Sequence record: SRR33789315_95
Strand: one strand, 5' to 3'
Length of the DNA stretch: 64,000 nt
Below are positions 8,986-19,560 of this stretch, in pieces; position 1 is the first letter of the stretch; every line of letters starts with the position of its first letter. The position numbers were made by a program, and so were the translations under genes. The notes beneath the pieces are model-generated. The model searched no databases and was not told the origin of the DNA. It was given only the letters and a program-made list of their open reading frames with translations.

Positions 8986-10736
8986 AACTGCTTATCAATT
9001 TGAGCGATTACACTTGATGCTTTATCATAATCTTGCTGCATAGTCACCGAGCTAGCTGGTGTATATCTTGCAAATTCACAACTCTTAAGGAGCTCTATAA
9101 AAGCTGAGGTAGTCGTGTTATCTACTTGACGTTCTTCTAATAAATTCTGAATGCGTTCCTTGCTCATATCACTGGTCTGGATATTGAGCTTTGCTTTTAA
9201 ATAATTATGTAGTGATCTCTCTAAGGCGAGGTAAAAAGGTTTTTGATCACCCATACTCTTTTTGGCATCGCTCAAGAATTTCCTTGCCATTTTATCTGCT
9301 TTTCTAAGACGTTGTCCTTTAATATCACTTCTGTAAGCTTGTCTTTTACGACCTGCTATAATAAACAATGGAATTAGCAAAAAAGGTGTCGCCACTAAAG
9401 ACCAGAATACCGTTGAATTGAAAAATGATTTTTTATCTATTGCTTGCAAATTTGCATCAGACTTAATGTACTTAAATTGATTTCCTGCTTCTGCTACACC
9501 TGTAATAGGATCGTTTGTGCTCTCTGTAACTGCATTTAACGGTCCGTTTTCAACATTTATAATCAACTCTTGAGAGCTAAGTGTTTTGTATGTTTCTGTT
9601 GAAGGATCAAAATAGGAAAACTCAATGGGCGCTATAGGATACTTACCTTTGCTTTGTGGTACAACTGTATATCTATTTGAAATGCTACCTCGCATCCCAC
9701 TCATAGTTGTACTCACATTACTCTCTAATTGCGGTTCATATACCTCTAAAGAGCTAGGTAATTTAGGTTGAGGAAGAGTAAATAGCTTTAAATTACCAGT
9801 TCCAGATACAGACACGGTTAAATCTAATGCTTCTTGTGCATCTAGACTATTACGACTAGTAATTACATTAAAGTCAAAATTACCCACAGCACCACCAAAT
9901 GTATCTGGTTTTCCGGCTTCTGGTAATGGTTTTACATTTATGGTTCTGTTTTTTGCAGCCACAGCCACTTGCTCAGAACGCATCATCATACCGCCAAACA
10001 TATTTCTCCTATTGGTGGGAACTTCTACGCTGATACTTAAAGCCAGCGGCTCAATAACCAATTCACCTGTCTTTTGTGGATATAATACAGATCGTCTCAA
10101 AATGACATATCTATAAGACTCCCCATTATATTGACCGTCGTAAACTTTAAACTGTTTTTCGTCTATATTTTGGCTCCAAAAATTTTCAAATTTTGGCGCA
10201 TCTATTTCATTCCAACCATTAACAGCGGTTTCCTTGGACACATATAGTTTATAAACCACATTAATAGCCTCATTTAGAAAGGGATTTGTGTTAGAAACCT
10301 CAGCTACTAAATGCAGCTTATCTGATACATCAAAAATAGGTTCTACTCCATCTGTAGGGGTGTCTACAGCCGCGGTAACTTCAACCGTTATGGGTATTGT
10401 TTTATAGACCTCTCCATCAATTACAATCTCTGCTTGAGCAATCGTAATATTACCTCGTTTTTTGGGTGCGAGATAATACGAATAGACCTTTTTAAAACTA
10501 CTCTTGCCATTTAAGTATTGTCTGCTAACAGATTGATTGGGTCCGCCGACAACGGTAAATCCTTCAAAACTTGGTGCTTTAAAGTTGTCACCATCTTTAT
10601 TCATTTCAAAATCAACTCGTAATCGTTCATTGATTCCAAGTTTTTTTCTACTGACTAAGGCATCAAATTTGACCTGTGACCAGGTGGTTAACCCAGTTAA
10701 CAAAAACAACACAATCATTAGATTCTTAGTTTTCAT
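8982..10736 (-). CDS. batD: BatD aerotolerance protein
   Basis: Signal peptide from ATG 10736, FGGAVGNF, SCEFARYTP; operon position. Confidence 0.88.
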   Translation of the reverse strand: MKTKNLMIVLFLLTGLTTWSQVKFDALVSRKKLGINERLRVDFEMNKDGDNFKAPSFEGFTVVGGPNQSVSRQYLNGKSSFKKVYSYYLAPKKRGNITIAQAEIVIDGEVYKTIPITVEVTAAVDTPTDGVEPIFDVSDKLHLVAEVSNTNPFLNEAINVVYKLYVSKETAVNGWNEIDAPKFENFWSQNIDEKQFKVYDGQYNGESYRYVILRRSVLYPQKTGELVIEPLALSISVEVPTNRRNMFGGMMMRSEQVAVAAKNRTINVKPLPEAGKPDTFGGAVGNFDFNVITSRNSLDAQEALDLTVSVSGTGNLKLFTLPQPKLPSSLEVYEPQLESNVSTTMSGMRGSISNRYTVVPQSKGKYPIAPIEFSYFDPSTETYKTLSSQELIINVENGPLNAVTESTNDPITGVAEAGNQFKYIKSDANLQAIDKKSFFNSTVFWSLVATPFLLIPLFIIAGRKRQAYRSDIKGQRLRKADKMARKFLSDAKKSMGDQKPFYLALERSLHNYLKAKLNIQTSDMSKERIQNLLEERQVDNTTTSAFIELLKSCEFARYTPASSVTMQQDYDKASSVIAQIDKQL

Positions 10737-10786
10737 AGGGTTTTTATTGGGGTAATTACTTCTTTTAACTGCTACACATTTAAGCA

Positions 10787-11668
10787 CTACCAGTCTTTTT
10801 CTGCTTTTACCTTAACGCCTTTTGCTTTTTTGGCATTAATTTTTTGTTGTACTTTATTTTCTTCGTTTTTCATTGCTTCCAACAAACTCTTTACTTGCTG
10901 AGGAGAAAGTTGTCCTTCCCCTTGTTGAGGTTGAGGCTGTTTTTGATCTTTTTGGTCTTTCTGATCTTCTCCTCCTTTATCTCCTTGATCGTCTTTAGGT
11001 TTTCCGTCTTCATCTTTTTGATCTTCACCTTCACCCTTTTTATCCTCTCCTTTTTCATCTTTTTCTTTGGGTTTTCCATCATCACCTTCCTGTTCTTTTC
11101 CATCGCCATCTTTGTCCTGATCTTGCTGCTTATCGTTTTGCTGATCTTCTTTTTTATCCTCTTTATTATCTTCGCCGCCACTACCATTTTTCTCATCCTC
11201 TTTTTTGGCCATGGCTAGGTTATAACGCGTTTCCTCATCTGTAGGATTACTGCGAAGCGCGTTTTTATAGGCTTCTACAGCTTGTTTAAAATCATTTTTC
11301 TGATAATATGCATTTCCTAGATTATGAAAAGCACGATGTTTTTCTGTTTTTGTAGAAGCTACTTGTACAGCTTGTAAATAGCGGGATAACCCTTCATCGT
11401 ATTTTTCACTGCGATAATAATTGTTACCCGCATTATATTTAGCTGCTATATTATTAGGATCTTTTGCGATAGCCTTACGGTAGGAAGCTTCGGCAATCGA
11501 AAAATTATTTTCTTCTACGCTCTTATTGCCTTCTGCTACAAACTCAACAGCTTCGGCAATTGCTGGATCTACCTTTTCCTTTTTTTGTGCAAATAGTGAG
11601 GTTGTAGAAACTAGTAACGCAAAAAACAGCTTTATCAATCCATTAAAATTTGTTTTCTCCTTCTTCAT
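10787..11668 (-). CDS. batC: BatC, TPR protein with D/E/K/Q-rich linker
   Basis: TPRs (AFHNLGNAYY, ETRYNLA), low-complexity linker, C-terminal EKDW. Confidence 0.88.
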   Translation of the reverse strand: MKKEKTNFNGLIKLFFALLVSTTSLFAQKKEKVDPAIAEAVEFVAEGNKSVEENNFSIAEASYRKAIAKDPNNIAAKYNAGNNYYRSEKYDEGLSRYLQAVQVASTKTEKHRAFHNLGNAYYQKNDFKQAVEAYKNALRSNPTDEETRYNLAMAKKEDEKNGSGGEDNKEDKKEDQQNDKQQDQDKDGDGKEQEGDDGKPKEKDEKGEDKKGEGEDQKDEDGKPKDDQGDKGGEDQKDQKDQKQPQPQQGEGQLSPQQVKSLLEAMKNEENKVQQKINAKKAKGVKVKAEKDW

Positions 11669-11669
11669 C

Positions 11670-12716
11670 TTATTCCTTTTTCTTTTCGTTAAATAAATTT
11701 AACTGTCTAACCCAATAGGTTTTACGCTCTAATAAGAACATATCTAAAAATAACAATAATAATGCCGCGCCTATAAACCATTGAAATTGATCCTTAAAAT
11801 CGGCAAATTGTTTGGCCTCAAACTCTTTTTTATCCATCGCATTGAGACTATCTGTCATAATTTCTACAACTTCTGCAGTATTATTACCTTGAATATATTT
11901 TCCATTAGCCTGGCTTGCAATTTGTTTTAAGGTTTCTGGAATTAACTTTGTAATAACTGTTTCTCCTTGATTGTCCTTTTTAAAAGACTGGATAATGCCG
12001 TTTTTCTTTAATGGTATCCTTCCTCCTTTTTCTGTTCCCACACCAATGGTGAATATTTTAATCCCATTGTCTATAGCAGATTCTACCATTTGAGTTACAT
12101 CACCCTCGTGATCTTCACCATCTGAAATAAGTACCAAAACTCTATTGGTTTGCTCCTCGTCATTATAATAGGTTTGAGCCAATTCTATTGCTTCTTTAAT
12201 GGCTGTTCCCTGACTAGAAAGCATGTCTGTATTCATAGAATTAAGAAACATTTTTGCGCTACTGTAATCTGTTGTAATAGGCAATTGCGGAAAAGCACTT
12301 CCAGCATAGGCGATAATTCCTACTCTATCGCTTCCTAAATTATTGATTATTTGTGTAACGAGTTGCTTGGCTTTTTCTATTCTATTGGGTGCAACATCTT
12401 CTGCAAGCATACTTTTTGAAACATCTATTGCAAAAACAACATCTACACCTTCTCTTTTTACCGTTTCCAGTTTAGTTCCTATCTTAGGATTAACTAGCCC
12501 AATAACTATAAACCCTAGAGCTGAGCAGAAAACGATAAGCTTTAGAATAGATTTAAAACGTGAACGATTAGGTGCTAGTTTATCAAGTAGCTCTGTATTT
12601 TTAGTGAATCGTTTTTGAGCATGTCTTTTCCATATAGCTAATATTAGGTATAAGACGATGATTGCGGGTATAACCAACAATAACCAAAACCATATTTTCT
12701 CTTCTAATAGGTACAC
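11670..12716 (-). CDS. batB: BatB, vWA domain membrane protein
   Basis: MIDAS DVSKS, SDGED, adjacent to batA. Confidence 0.9.
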   Translation of the reverse strand: MYLLEEKIWFWLLLVIPAIIVLYLILAIWKRHAQKRFTKNTELLDKLAPNRSRFKSILKLIVFCSALGFIVIGLVNPKIGTKLETVKREGVDVVFAIDVSKSMLAEDVAPNRIEKAKQLVTQIINNLGSDRVGIIAYAGSAFPQLPITTDYSSAKMFLNSMNTDMLSSQGTAIKEAIELAQTYYNDEEQTNRVLVLISDGEDHEGDVTQMVESAIDNGIKIFTIGVGTEKGGRIPLKKNGIIQSFKKDNQGETVITKLIPETLKQIASQANGKYIQGNNTAEVVEIMTDSLNAMDKKEFEAKQFADFKDQFQWFIGAALLLLFLDMFLLERKTYWVRQLNLFNEKKKE

Positions 12717-12735
12717 CTAACTTTTTCTTTTTGAA

Positions 12736-13743
12736 TTATACAAAACTTCTAAAAATCGTAAATCGTAATAAAAGCTCTATCAGTAGTAAAAGACCTGCAA
12801 AAAGCGCAAAGGGTCTAAACTTTTCTTCATAGTTAGTATACTTAAACTCCTCTACTTCGGTTTTTTCTAACTTATTGATTTCCTGATAAATTTCTTCTAA
12901 TTTTTGATTATCTGTTGCTCTAAAATAAAGGCCTCCTGTTTTATTGGCTATTTCGGTCAATAACTCTTCGTCTATCTCTACTTTACTTCTTCCGTATTGA
13001 AAAGAACCGTCAGGCAATAATGCAATGGGAGAAAGCGCCTCGCCATTAGTCCCAAGACCTATGGTATAGACCTTAATACCATATTCTACGGCCAATTCGC
13101 TTGCTGTTGAAGGCTCGATGAAACCTGCGTTATTCACACCGTCTGTCATCAAGATAATAACTTTACTTTTTGCCTTACTATCTTTTAGCCTATTTACAGA
13201 AGTGGCCAGTCCCATTCCTATTGCTGTACCACCTTCTATGATGGTATTGTATTGTATGTCTGCTAACGAACTTAAAACTATGCTTTTATCACTTGTAATT
13301 GGGGTGCGCGTATAGCTTTCGCCAGCATATTCTACTATTCCTATTCTATCATTAGGGCGTCCTTGTATAAAATCTGCCGCTACTTCTTTTAAGGCTTCCA
13401 GTCGATTAGGTCGTAAATCCCGCGCTAGCATACTGGCAGAAACATCAATAGAAATTACAATATCTATACCTCTGGTTGTTTTTGTTTTTGTCGAAACGTC
13501 TACCGTGCGCGGCCTTGCTAAAGCTGTAATTAGAGCTGCCATTGCTGCTAATCGCAAAGCGAGCAATAAAGGTCTAAGTTTTGCTAAAAAACCTCTTCCA
13601 GCTTTAAATCCGTTAAGACTGGAAACCTTAAGCTGCGGTGTTAACTTCTTTCTTTTCCAAATATACCATGCTACTATTATTGGCAATAACAAGAGTAGCC
13701 AAAAGAACTGCGGATTTGAAAATTCAAAATTATCAAACATCAT
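12736..13743 (-). CDS. batA: BatA, vWA domain membrane protein
   Basis: ALARP, DVSAS MIDAS, GTAIGMG, TDGVNN. Confidence 0.92.
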   Translation of the reverse strand: MMFDNFEFSNPQFFWLLLLLPIIVAWYIWKRKKLTPQLKVSSLNGFKAGRGFLAKLRPLLLALRLAAMAALITALARPRTVDVSTKTKTTRGIDIVISIDVSASMLARDLRPNRLEALKEVAADFIQGRPNDRIGIVEYAGESYTRTPITSDKSIVLSSLADIQYNTIIEGGTAIGMGLATSVNRLKDSKAKSKVIILMTDGVNNAGFIEPSTASELAVEYGIKVYTIGLGTNGEALSPIALLPDGSFQYGRSKVEIDEELLTEIANKTGGLYFRATDNQKLEEIYQEINKLEKTEVEEFKYTNYEEKFRPFALFAGLLLLIELLLRFTIFRSFV

Positions 13744-15389
13744 TTGCTATCTGTATTTTCAAGTTCTACAGAATTAATTATTCTGTCTGCTATTTCTTTA
13801 GCATACTTATCATCACTTCTCCAAGAAACAAAAACCTGATTCATTATTCCGGGAGCCGAAAAAGTAAGCATCACATATTCTCCTTTCCCAAATTTATCTT
13901 TTTTGGCAGATAGCGGAAACTCACCCGTACCGTAGGTTTTTAAGCCTTCTGTCCCGTGTGGGGTTTTATATTCCTCGCTTTTAACCACTAGATTTTTAAC
14001 TCCCTGAGTTTCTATCTGGTTCATGGTTACATTTGCCGCTTGTTTTAGATCTACTTCTTGTTCTGTAGAATATCTTGTATTATTAACAAAAATGGTAAAC
14101 TGGTCAATGATACTACCATAACCAAAACTACTCATGGTTAATTGCTGCTGTACCTCTGGTGGCAAGTTTACTTCCATACGCTTTAAAACTTTAGGCGTAG
14201 AAATAACAATAGGCGGCACACCGTATTCGCTCCTAATCCAGTCAGTCTCTAATAATTCTTTTGTGGGATGCCCAAGTATATTGTCTTTAAGGAAATCTAC
14301 TCCTTTAACAGCCGTTAGAATTCCGCCAGAAATTATTAAAATTGCCAAAACCCCTAAAACACTCGTAAGAATGAGCTTTCTTTTTCTTCGCTTCTTTAGA
14401 TTTTCCTGATAGACCGCATCACGCATTAATTCCTCAGGAGTAGGCGGTGGTATCGCTTCTCGGGTTTCTTTTACTACTTCTTCTATCGCGATTCTATCTG
14501 CATGAAATTGACCACTTCTAGGTATTGTTCTTGCAAATTTGGTAAGGTCTGCGGTTTGTAATACACTTTCTAATTTTTCTATAGTTTGAGTGCTTAGATT
14601 AATTTTTCCGCTTTGCTTTTGCTCATACAACCTCTGTATAAGTTCACCTGTTGTACTTTCTAAAGAATGATCATAAACCTCATCATCCAGATAATTTTTT
14701 ACAATATCTGTTAGTTTTGAATAGTAGGCTTTTGTTATTTTCTGGTCTGCTCCTTCTGTGGGAACTGCAAAAGTATGATCCAGTTCTTCTAAAGCCACAA
14801 GTGCTTGTTCAAACGGCGGAAGTGTTTTTGCGGCTTCTGCTTTTTTCTTACTTCTGTGGTATAACCAATATAGAAAAGCGCCTATAAGAGCTAATATTCC
14901 TAATGCCCAAAGCAAAGGCTCCAGCCACTTTCTACTATTGCTTTCGGCCTGAATAATATTTTTAATATCAAAAAGACCTTGTTTTGTAGTGTCTACTTGA
15001 ACATTATATACTTCTACACGAGCGCTATCTGTAAAAATAGGACGATCATTAATTAATATGCGTTGTGGTGGAATTTGATAGGAGCCGCTATCAAATTGGG
15101 TTAGGGCATATTTTTTAAGCAATTTGAATTTTGCTTTGTCATAAATCGTATCTGCTTCTAAGGCTTCAACAACTTCCATTGGAGAAAAGGTTTGCCCTTC
15201 TGGGAAAACAACCAAATCTGTAGTGTCTACTAAAACCTCTATGGCATAATTTACTTGCTCACCTATCAATATACTGTCACGATCAACAGTAAAACCTACT
15301 TCTTGCGCCTGTGCACACAGCCCAAAGTAGGTTACGGTAAGTAGAAATACGAGTGGTTTTATATTTTTAAATATTCTTTTTCTTATCAT
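13740..15389 (-). CDS. Bat-associated membrane protein (DUF4381-like)
   Basis: Signal peptide, two TMs, ESTT, ADLTKFA; between DUF58 and batA. Confidence 0.75.
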   Translation of the reverse strand: MIRKRIFKNIKPLVFLLTVTYFGLCAQAQEVGFTVDRDSILIGEQVNYAIEVLVDTTDLVVFPEGQTFSPMEVVEALEADTIYDKAKFKLLKKYALTQFDSGSYQIPPQRILINDRPIFTDSARVEVYNVQVDTTKQGLFDIKNIIQAESNSRKWLEPLLWALGILALIGAFLYWLYHRSKKKAEAAKTLPPFEQALVALEELDHTFAVPTEGADQKITKAYYSKLTDIVKNYLDDEVYDHSLESTTGELIQRLYEQKQSGKINLSTQTIEKLESVLQTADLTKFARTIPRSGQFHADRIAIEEVVKETREAIPPPTPEELMRDAVYQENLKKRRKRKLILTSVLGVLAILIISGGILTAVKGVDFLKDNILGHPTKELLETDWIRSEYGVPPIVISTPKVLKRMEVNLPPEVQQQLTMSSFGYGSIIDQFTIFVNNTRYSTEQEVDLKQAANVTMNQIETQGVKNLVVKSEEYKTPHGTEGLKTYGTGEFPLSAKKDKFGKGEYVMLTFSAPGIMNQVFVSWRSDDKYAKEIADRIINSVELENTDSK

Positions 15390-15397
15390 TTTTCTTT

Positions 15398-16264
15398 CTA
15401 TCCCCTTCTTTTGAAATAGCCCAACAATTTTTTTACATAGCTTTCATCTGTGCGCACATCTATAACACCGGCTCCGCTTTTTCTAAAAGATTCGTGATAA
15501 TAGTCTACTTTTTCACGATAGTATGTAGCATAATTGTTACGAACCTTTCTTGATGAAGTATTAACCAAAAGTTGTTCTCCTGTTTCTTCGTCTTCTAGCT
15601 GAACAACGCCCAAATTAGGCATTACTTCTTCATGTCTATCATAAATACGAATTCCAGTTATGTCGTGTCTTCCGGAAGTTATTTTTAAAGTGTCACGGTA
15701 ATCATCAGCCATAAAATCTGACAGTACAAATACGATGGCTTTCTTTTTCATCACATTTGACAAAAACTTTAATGCTTGAGCGATGTCTGTTTTTTTGCTT
15801 TTAGGCTGAAATTCCAGTAATTCGCGAATGATGCGCAATACATGGGACTTTCCTTTTTTAGGCGGAATGAACAGTTCTATTTCGTCAGAAAACAAAATTA
15901 ATCCTATCTTATCGTTATTCTGTGTAGCCGAAAATGCTAAAGTTGCAGCGACTTCTGTAATAATTTCAGATTTAAACTGCTCATCTGTTCCAAAAAATTC
16001 TGAGCCACTAATATCTGCCATAAGCATCATTGTTAGTTCTCGTTCTTCCTCAAAAACTTTTACAAAAGGCTCATTATAGCGTGCAGTAACATTCCAATCT
16101 ATACTTCGCACATCGTCCCCAAACTGGTATTGACGCACTTCACTAAAGGTCATACCGCGACCTTTGAAAGTAGAATGGTATTCTCCTCCAAAAATATGAT
16201 CAGACAACCGGCGTGTCTTAATCTCTATTTTCCGTACTTTTTTTAAAAGTTCTTTTGTATCCAT
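15398..16264 (-). CDS. DUF58 / vWA-like MoxR partner
   Basis: EVRQYQFGDDVRSIDWNVTAR, DISGS. Confidence 0.92.
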   Translation of the reverse strand: MDTKELLKKVRKIEIKTRRLSDHIFGGEYHSTFKGRGMTFSEVRQYQFGDDVRSIDWNVTARYNEPFVKVFEEERELTMMLMADISGSEFFGTDEQFKSEIITEVAATLAFSATQNNDKIGLILFSDEIELFIPPKKGKSHVLRIIRELLEFQPKSKKTDIAQALKFLSNVMKKKAIVFVLSDFMADDYRDTLKITSGRHDITGIRIYDRHEEVMPNLGVVQLEDEETGEQLLVNTSSRKVRNNYATYYREKVDYYHESFRKSGAGVIDVRTDESYVKKLLGYFKRRG

Positions 16265-16342
16265 AATTTACAGTAGGTAGTTTGCAGCAGTCTTGAGTCA
16301 ATTACAAAAATTATATAGACTACTAATGGGCTCATACTGGAT

Positions 16343-17347
16343 TTACGGCACCTCTATTTCGTTTACGATTTTATTGATGATTTCCTCGCTGGTAATGTTT
16401 TCTGCTTCGGCTTCATAGGTAATTCCTATACGATGACGCAATACATCGTGTACTATTGCGCGTACATCTTCAGGAACAACATAACCTCTTCCTTTAATAA
16501 ATGCATAACATTTTGATGCAATCGCTAAGTTTATACTTCCACGAGGAGATGCCCCAAAGCTAATTAGCGGTTTCAGGTTTGCAAGTCTGTAATTTTCTGG
16601 ATAGCGAGTCGCAAAAATGATATCGAGGATATATTTTTCGATTTTTTCATCCATATAAACCTCTTTCACGGCTTCTTGAGCACGTAAAATTTGCTCTACA
16701 GTCACTACTGGATTTACCTGTTCGTAACTCCCTTTAAGGTTTTGTCTAATAATTAACTGTTCTTCGTCCTGTTTAGGATAGTCAATAACTGTTTTCAACA
16801 TAAAACGGTCAACCTGAGCTTCGGGCAAAGGATAGGTGCCTTCTTGCTCTACTGGGTTCTGAGTAGCCATAACCAAAAATGGTTTGTCTAATACAAAGGT
16901 CTCATCACCTATAGTTACTTGTTTCTCTTGCATGGCTTCCAGTAAAGCACTCTGTACTTTAGCTGGCGCTCTGTTAATCTCATCGGCAAGCACAAAATTG
17001 GCAAAAATAGGCCCCTTTCTTATGCTGAAATCATTGAGTTTCATGTTATAAATCATCGTTCCCACAACATCAGCAGGTAAAAGATCTGGTGTAAACTGTA
17101 TTCTACTGAAGCTTCCATGGACAGCTTTTGATAAGGTATTAATAGCAAGTGTTTTTGCTAATCCCGGAACTCCTTCTAGCAAAATATGTCCGCGACCTAA
17201 AAGACCAATGAGCAATCTTTCGATCATATGTTTCTGACCTATGATTACTTTGTTCATTTCTAGGGTAAGCAACTTCACAAAAGCACTTTCCTGTTGTATC
17301 TTCTCATTAATAGCCCCTATATCTACTGTCCTTCCTGATTCTTCCAT
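16343..17347 (-). CDS. moxR: MoxR family AAA+ ATPase
   Basis: GVPGLAKT, RIQFTPDLLPAD, ADEINRA, ATQNP. Confidence 0.95.
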   Translation of the reverse strand: MEESGRTVDIGAINEKIQQESAFVKLLTLEMNKVIIGQKHMIERLLIGLLGRGHILLEGVPGLAKTLAINTLSKAVHGSFSRIQFTPDLLPADVVGTMIYNMKLNDFSIRKGPIFANFVLADEINRAPAKVQSALLEAMQEKQVTIGDETFVLDKPFLVMATQNPVEQEGTYPLPEAQVDRFMLKTVIDYPKQDEEQLIIRQNLKGSYEQVNPVVTVEQILRAQEAVKEVYMDEKIEKYILDIIFATRYPENYRLANLKPLISFGASPRGSINLAIASKCYAFIKGRGYVVPEDVRAIVHDVLRHRIGITYEAEAENITSEEIINKIVNEIEVP

Positions 17348-17608
17348 ATTAATTTTATAAGTTATTGTTCAAAAACTATGTATTTTCACACAAATTGCAC
17401 ACCTTCTTGTTAATCCGAGGTTAAAAACCAAATGTTAAAAAAAGCTTTCGGTGTTTTTGCTTATTTTCAATTTAAATTAAGAGGGCGGAAATTAACAAAC
17501 CGCAGCTTAAATTTCAAGTTTAAAAGCCTTTATTAACCAATAATGGTTAGACTTGTAAAAAGACGAAAAGTTTACGTCAATGTTGCAATTCAAATCAAAG
17601 AAATATCT

Positions 17609-18367
17609 ATGACTAATAAAACAGCCTTAATAACAGGAGCAACTAGCGGAATAGGGCGTGCTACCGCCAAAGAATTTGCCAAAAATGGGATCAATATAAT
17701 TATTTGTGGCCGAAGACAAGAACGTCTAGACGAACTAAAGGCTGAACTCAGCCCAATGGTCAAAGTGCATGCTTTAAATTTTGACATTCGACAAAAAGAA
17801 AAAGTAGCCGAAGCAATAGCTTCTTTACCTGAAGATTTTAAAAATATAGATATTCTTATTAATAATGCAGGTAATGCATACGGTCTTGATACCATACAAG
17901 ATGGATTGGTAAATGATTGGGATGCCATGCTTGATATTAATGTCAAAGGATTACTCTATGTAAGCAAAGCCATTATCCCAAAAATGATTGAACGCAATAG
18001 CGGTCAGATTATAAACATTGGCTCTACGGCTGCAAAAGAAGTTTACGCTAAAGGAAATGTGTATTGTGCAACAAAACACGCGGTAGATGCAATTACTAAA
18101 GGAATGCGTCTGGATTTAAACCCATATAACATTCGCATAGGCGCAGTACATCCTGGAATGGTAGAGACTGAATTTAGTGACGTGCGCTTTAAAGGAGATC
18201 ACGAGAAAGCATCCCGTGTATACGCAGGCTTCAAACCACTTGTAGCAGAAGATATTGCAGAAATTATACAATTTGTAATTTCTAGACCTTATCACGTAAG
18301 TATCGCAGATCTTGTTGTTACGTGTACAGCTCAAGCTTCATCTGGAGTCGTTAATAAAAATAATTAA
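17609..18367 (+). CDS. Short-chain dehydrogenase/reductase (YdfG-like)
   Basis: TGATSGIG, NNAG, YCATK; start at ATG 17609. Confidence 0.92.
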   Translation: MTNKTALITGATSGIGRATAKEFAKNGINIIICGRRQERLDELKAELSPMVKVHALNFDIRQKEKVAEAIASLPEDFKNIDILINNAGNAYGLDTIQDGLVNDWDAMLDINVKGLLYVSKAIIPKMIERNSGQIINIGSTAAKEVYAKGNVYCATKHAVDAITKGMRLDLNPYNIRIGAVHPGMVETEFSDVRFKGDHEKASRVYAGFKPLVAEDIAEIIQFVISRPYHVSIADLVVTCTAQASSGVVNKNN

Positions 18368-18421
18368 ATGCTGGTTTTGCCTATTTAAACCTAAAAATAG
18401 CTTCTCAAAACAGCCCAAATC

Positions 18422-19558
18422 ATGATTAATAAACGCCTTCTTATTAAAAGCCTTCTTGCGCATAATGATGAGAATAGTTTTTATGATAAAAAAAGACTGA
18501 TAGATGTAAGCCGCAAAGAGGGCAAAGCCAAGTTTCTAAAGCACATTTGTGCGCTTTCAAATTCAAACCCAAAAAATAATTCGTATATCGTAATAGGGGT
18601 TGAAGATGATAACAATGAAATTGTGGGTGTTCCATTTTTTGACGATAGCAAGATCCAAAATCTTATTAACGCATATCTTACTAATCCTCCTATTATTTCC
18701 TACGAAAACATTCCGTTTCCCAACCTTCCTGCAGATTTAGTTGTGGGTCTTGTAACGATTAGACCCATTCAAAAACTCACTGCTCTCAAAAAAAATATTT
18801 GGAAATATTGGGGAGGAAGTGTTTTTATGCGGGACGGAAGCATCTCTATGCCAAAAGTATTTGATATAGAAATTGAAGACGTAAATAGCGAAATAGTAGC
18901 GAGCATAGAGAATCATGCTCAAAACAATATTGAATATACTTTAGATGGCGTGATTGATTTTATTAATTATAGACATAAAGATCTGTACACAGATTATAAA
19001 GTTTTTAAAGAGCAATTTGTAGTCTGCTGGGCGGGACATGTTAAAAAAGTAAAAGATAATATTTATTATAGCCGCGTAGATATTGAGCTTATAAATGAGC
19101 AGGTAAGGTTATTTTATTCAGCTTTAGATGAAGTGAGTATTACTATAACCGATGATAGTTTTATCATTTTAGAATATGTACTGCTAGGTCTTCGGGACAA
19201 GTACAAGTATTATCCGCTAGAAGAAATAAATATTACATTTAAGGAAAATGGTTCCTATGCAATAGATAGTAAGCTTGTATTTAGACCACCACAGTTTGAT
19301 AAAAAGCTCTTATATCACATCTACAATAATAATAATACGATTCTAAAAAAGCTTAAAGAAGGCCAAGATCTCAATAAAGGTGAACTTGAAGATTTAAAAA
19401 ATCTTGCTCCCACTTATATGATTTGCTATCTAAATGGTTTTGAAGATGCTATTGAAAAACTAGAAGCTTCAAAGCCTTACCTTAAAAGTTTTGGCGAAAA
19501 ACTCTATAATTCTTACAAAGAAAACATCCGCATTCTGCGTAAAGTTAAATACAATTAA
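18422..19558 (+). CDS. Schlafen/AlbA_2 domain protein with uncharacterised C-terminal domain
   Basis: ENSFYDKK...KHICALSNS...YIVIGVED is the AlbA_2 signature. Confidence 0.75.
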   Translation: MINKRLLIKSLLAHNDENSFYDKKRLIDVSRKEGKAKFLKHICALSNSNPKNNSYIVIGVEDDNNEIVGVPFFDDSKIQNLINAYLTNPPIISYENIPFPNLPADLVVGLVTIRPIQKLTALKKNIWKYWGGSVFMRDGSISMPKVFDIEIEDVNSEIVASIENHAQNNIEYTLDGVIDFINYRHKDLYTDYKVFKEQFVVCWAGHVKKVKDNIYYSRVDIELINEQVRLFYSALDEVSITITDDSFIILEYVLLGLRDKYKYYPLEEINITFKENGSYAIDSKLVFRPPQFDKKLLYHIYNNNNTILKKLKEGQDLNKGELEDLKNLAPTYMICYLNGFEDAIEKLEASKPYLKSFGEKLYNSYKENIRILRKVKYN

Positions 19559-19560
19559 TA

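Noticed and set aside
10844-11218. Phe/Ile-rich and Lys-rich alternative ORFs (10844..11218 +, 10891..11196 -)
   Set aside because: Frame shadows of the low-complexity D/E/K/Q linker of batC.
16265-16342. Weak inverted repeat (GCAGTCT...AGACTAC) between moxR and DUF58
   Set aside because: Short, imperfect and without a second copy in the window; cannot support a REP or terminator call.
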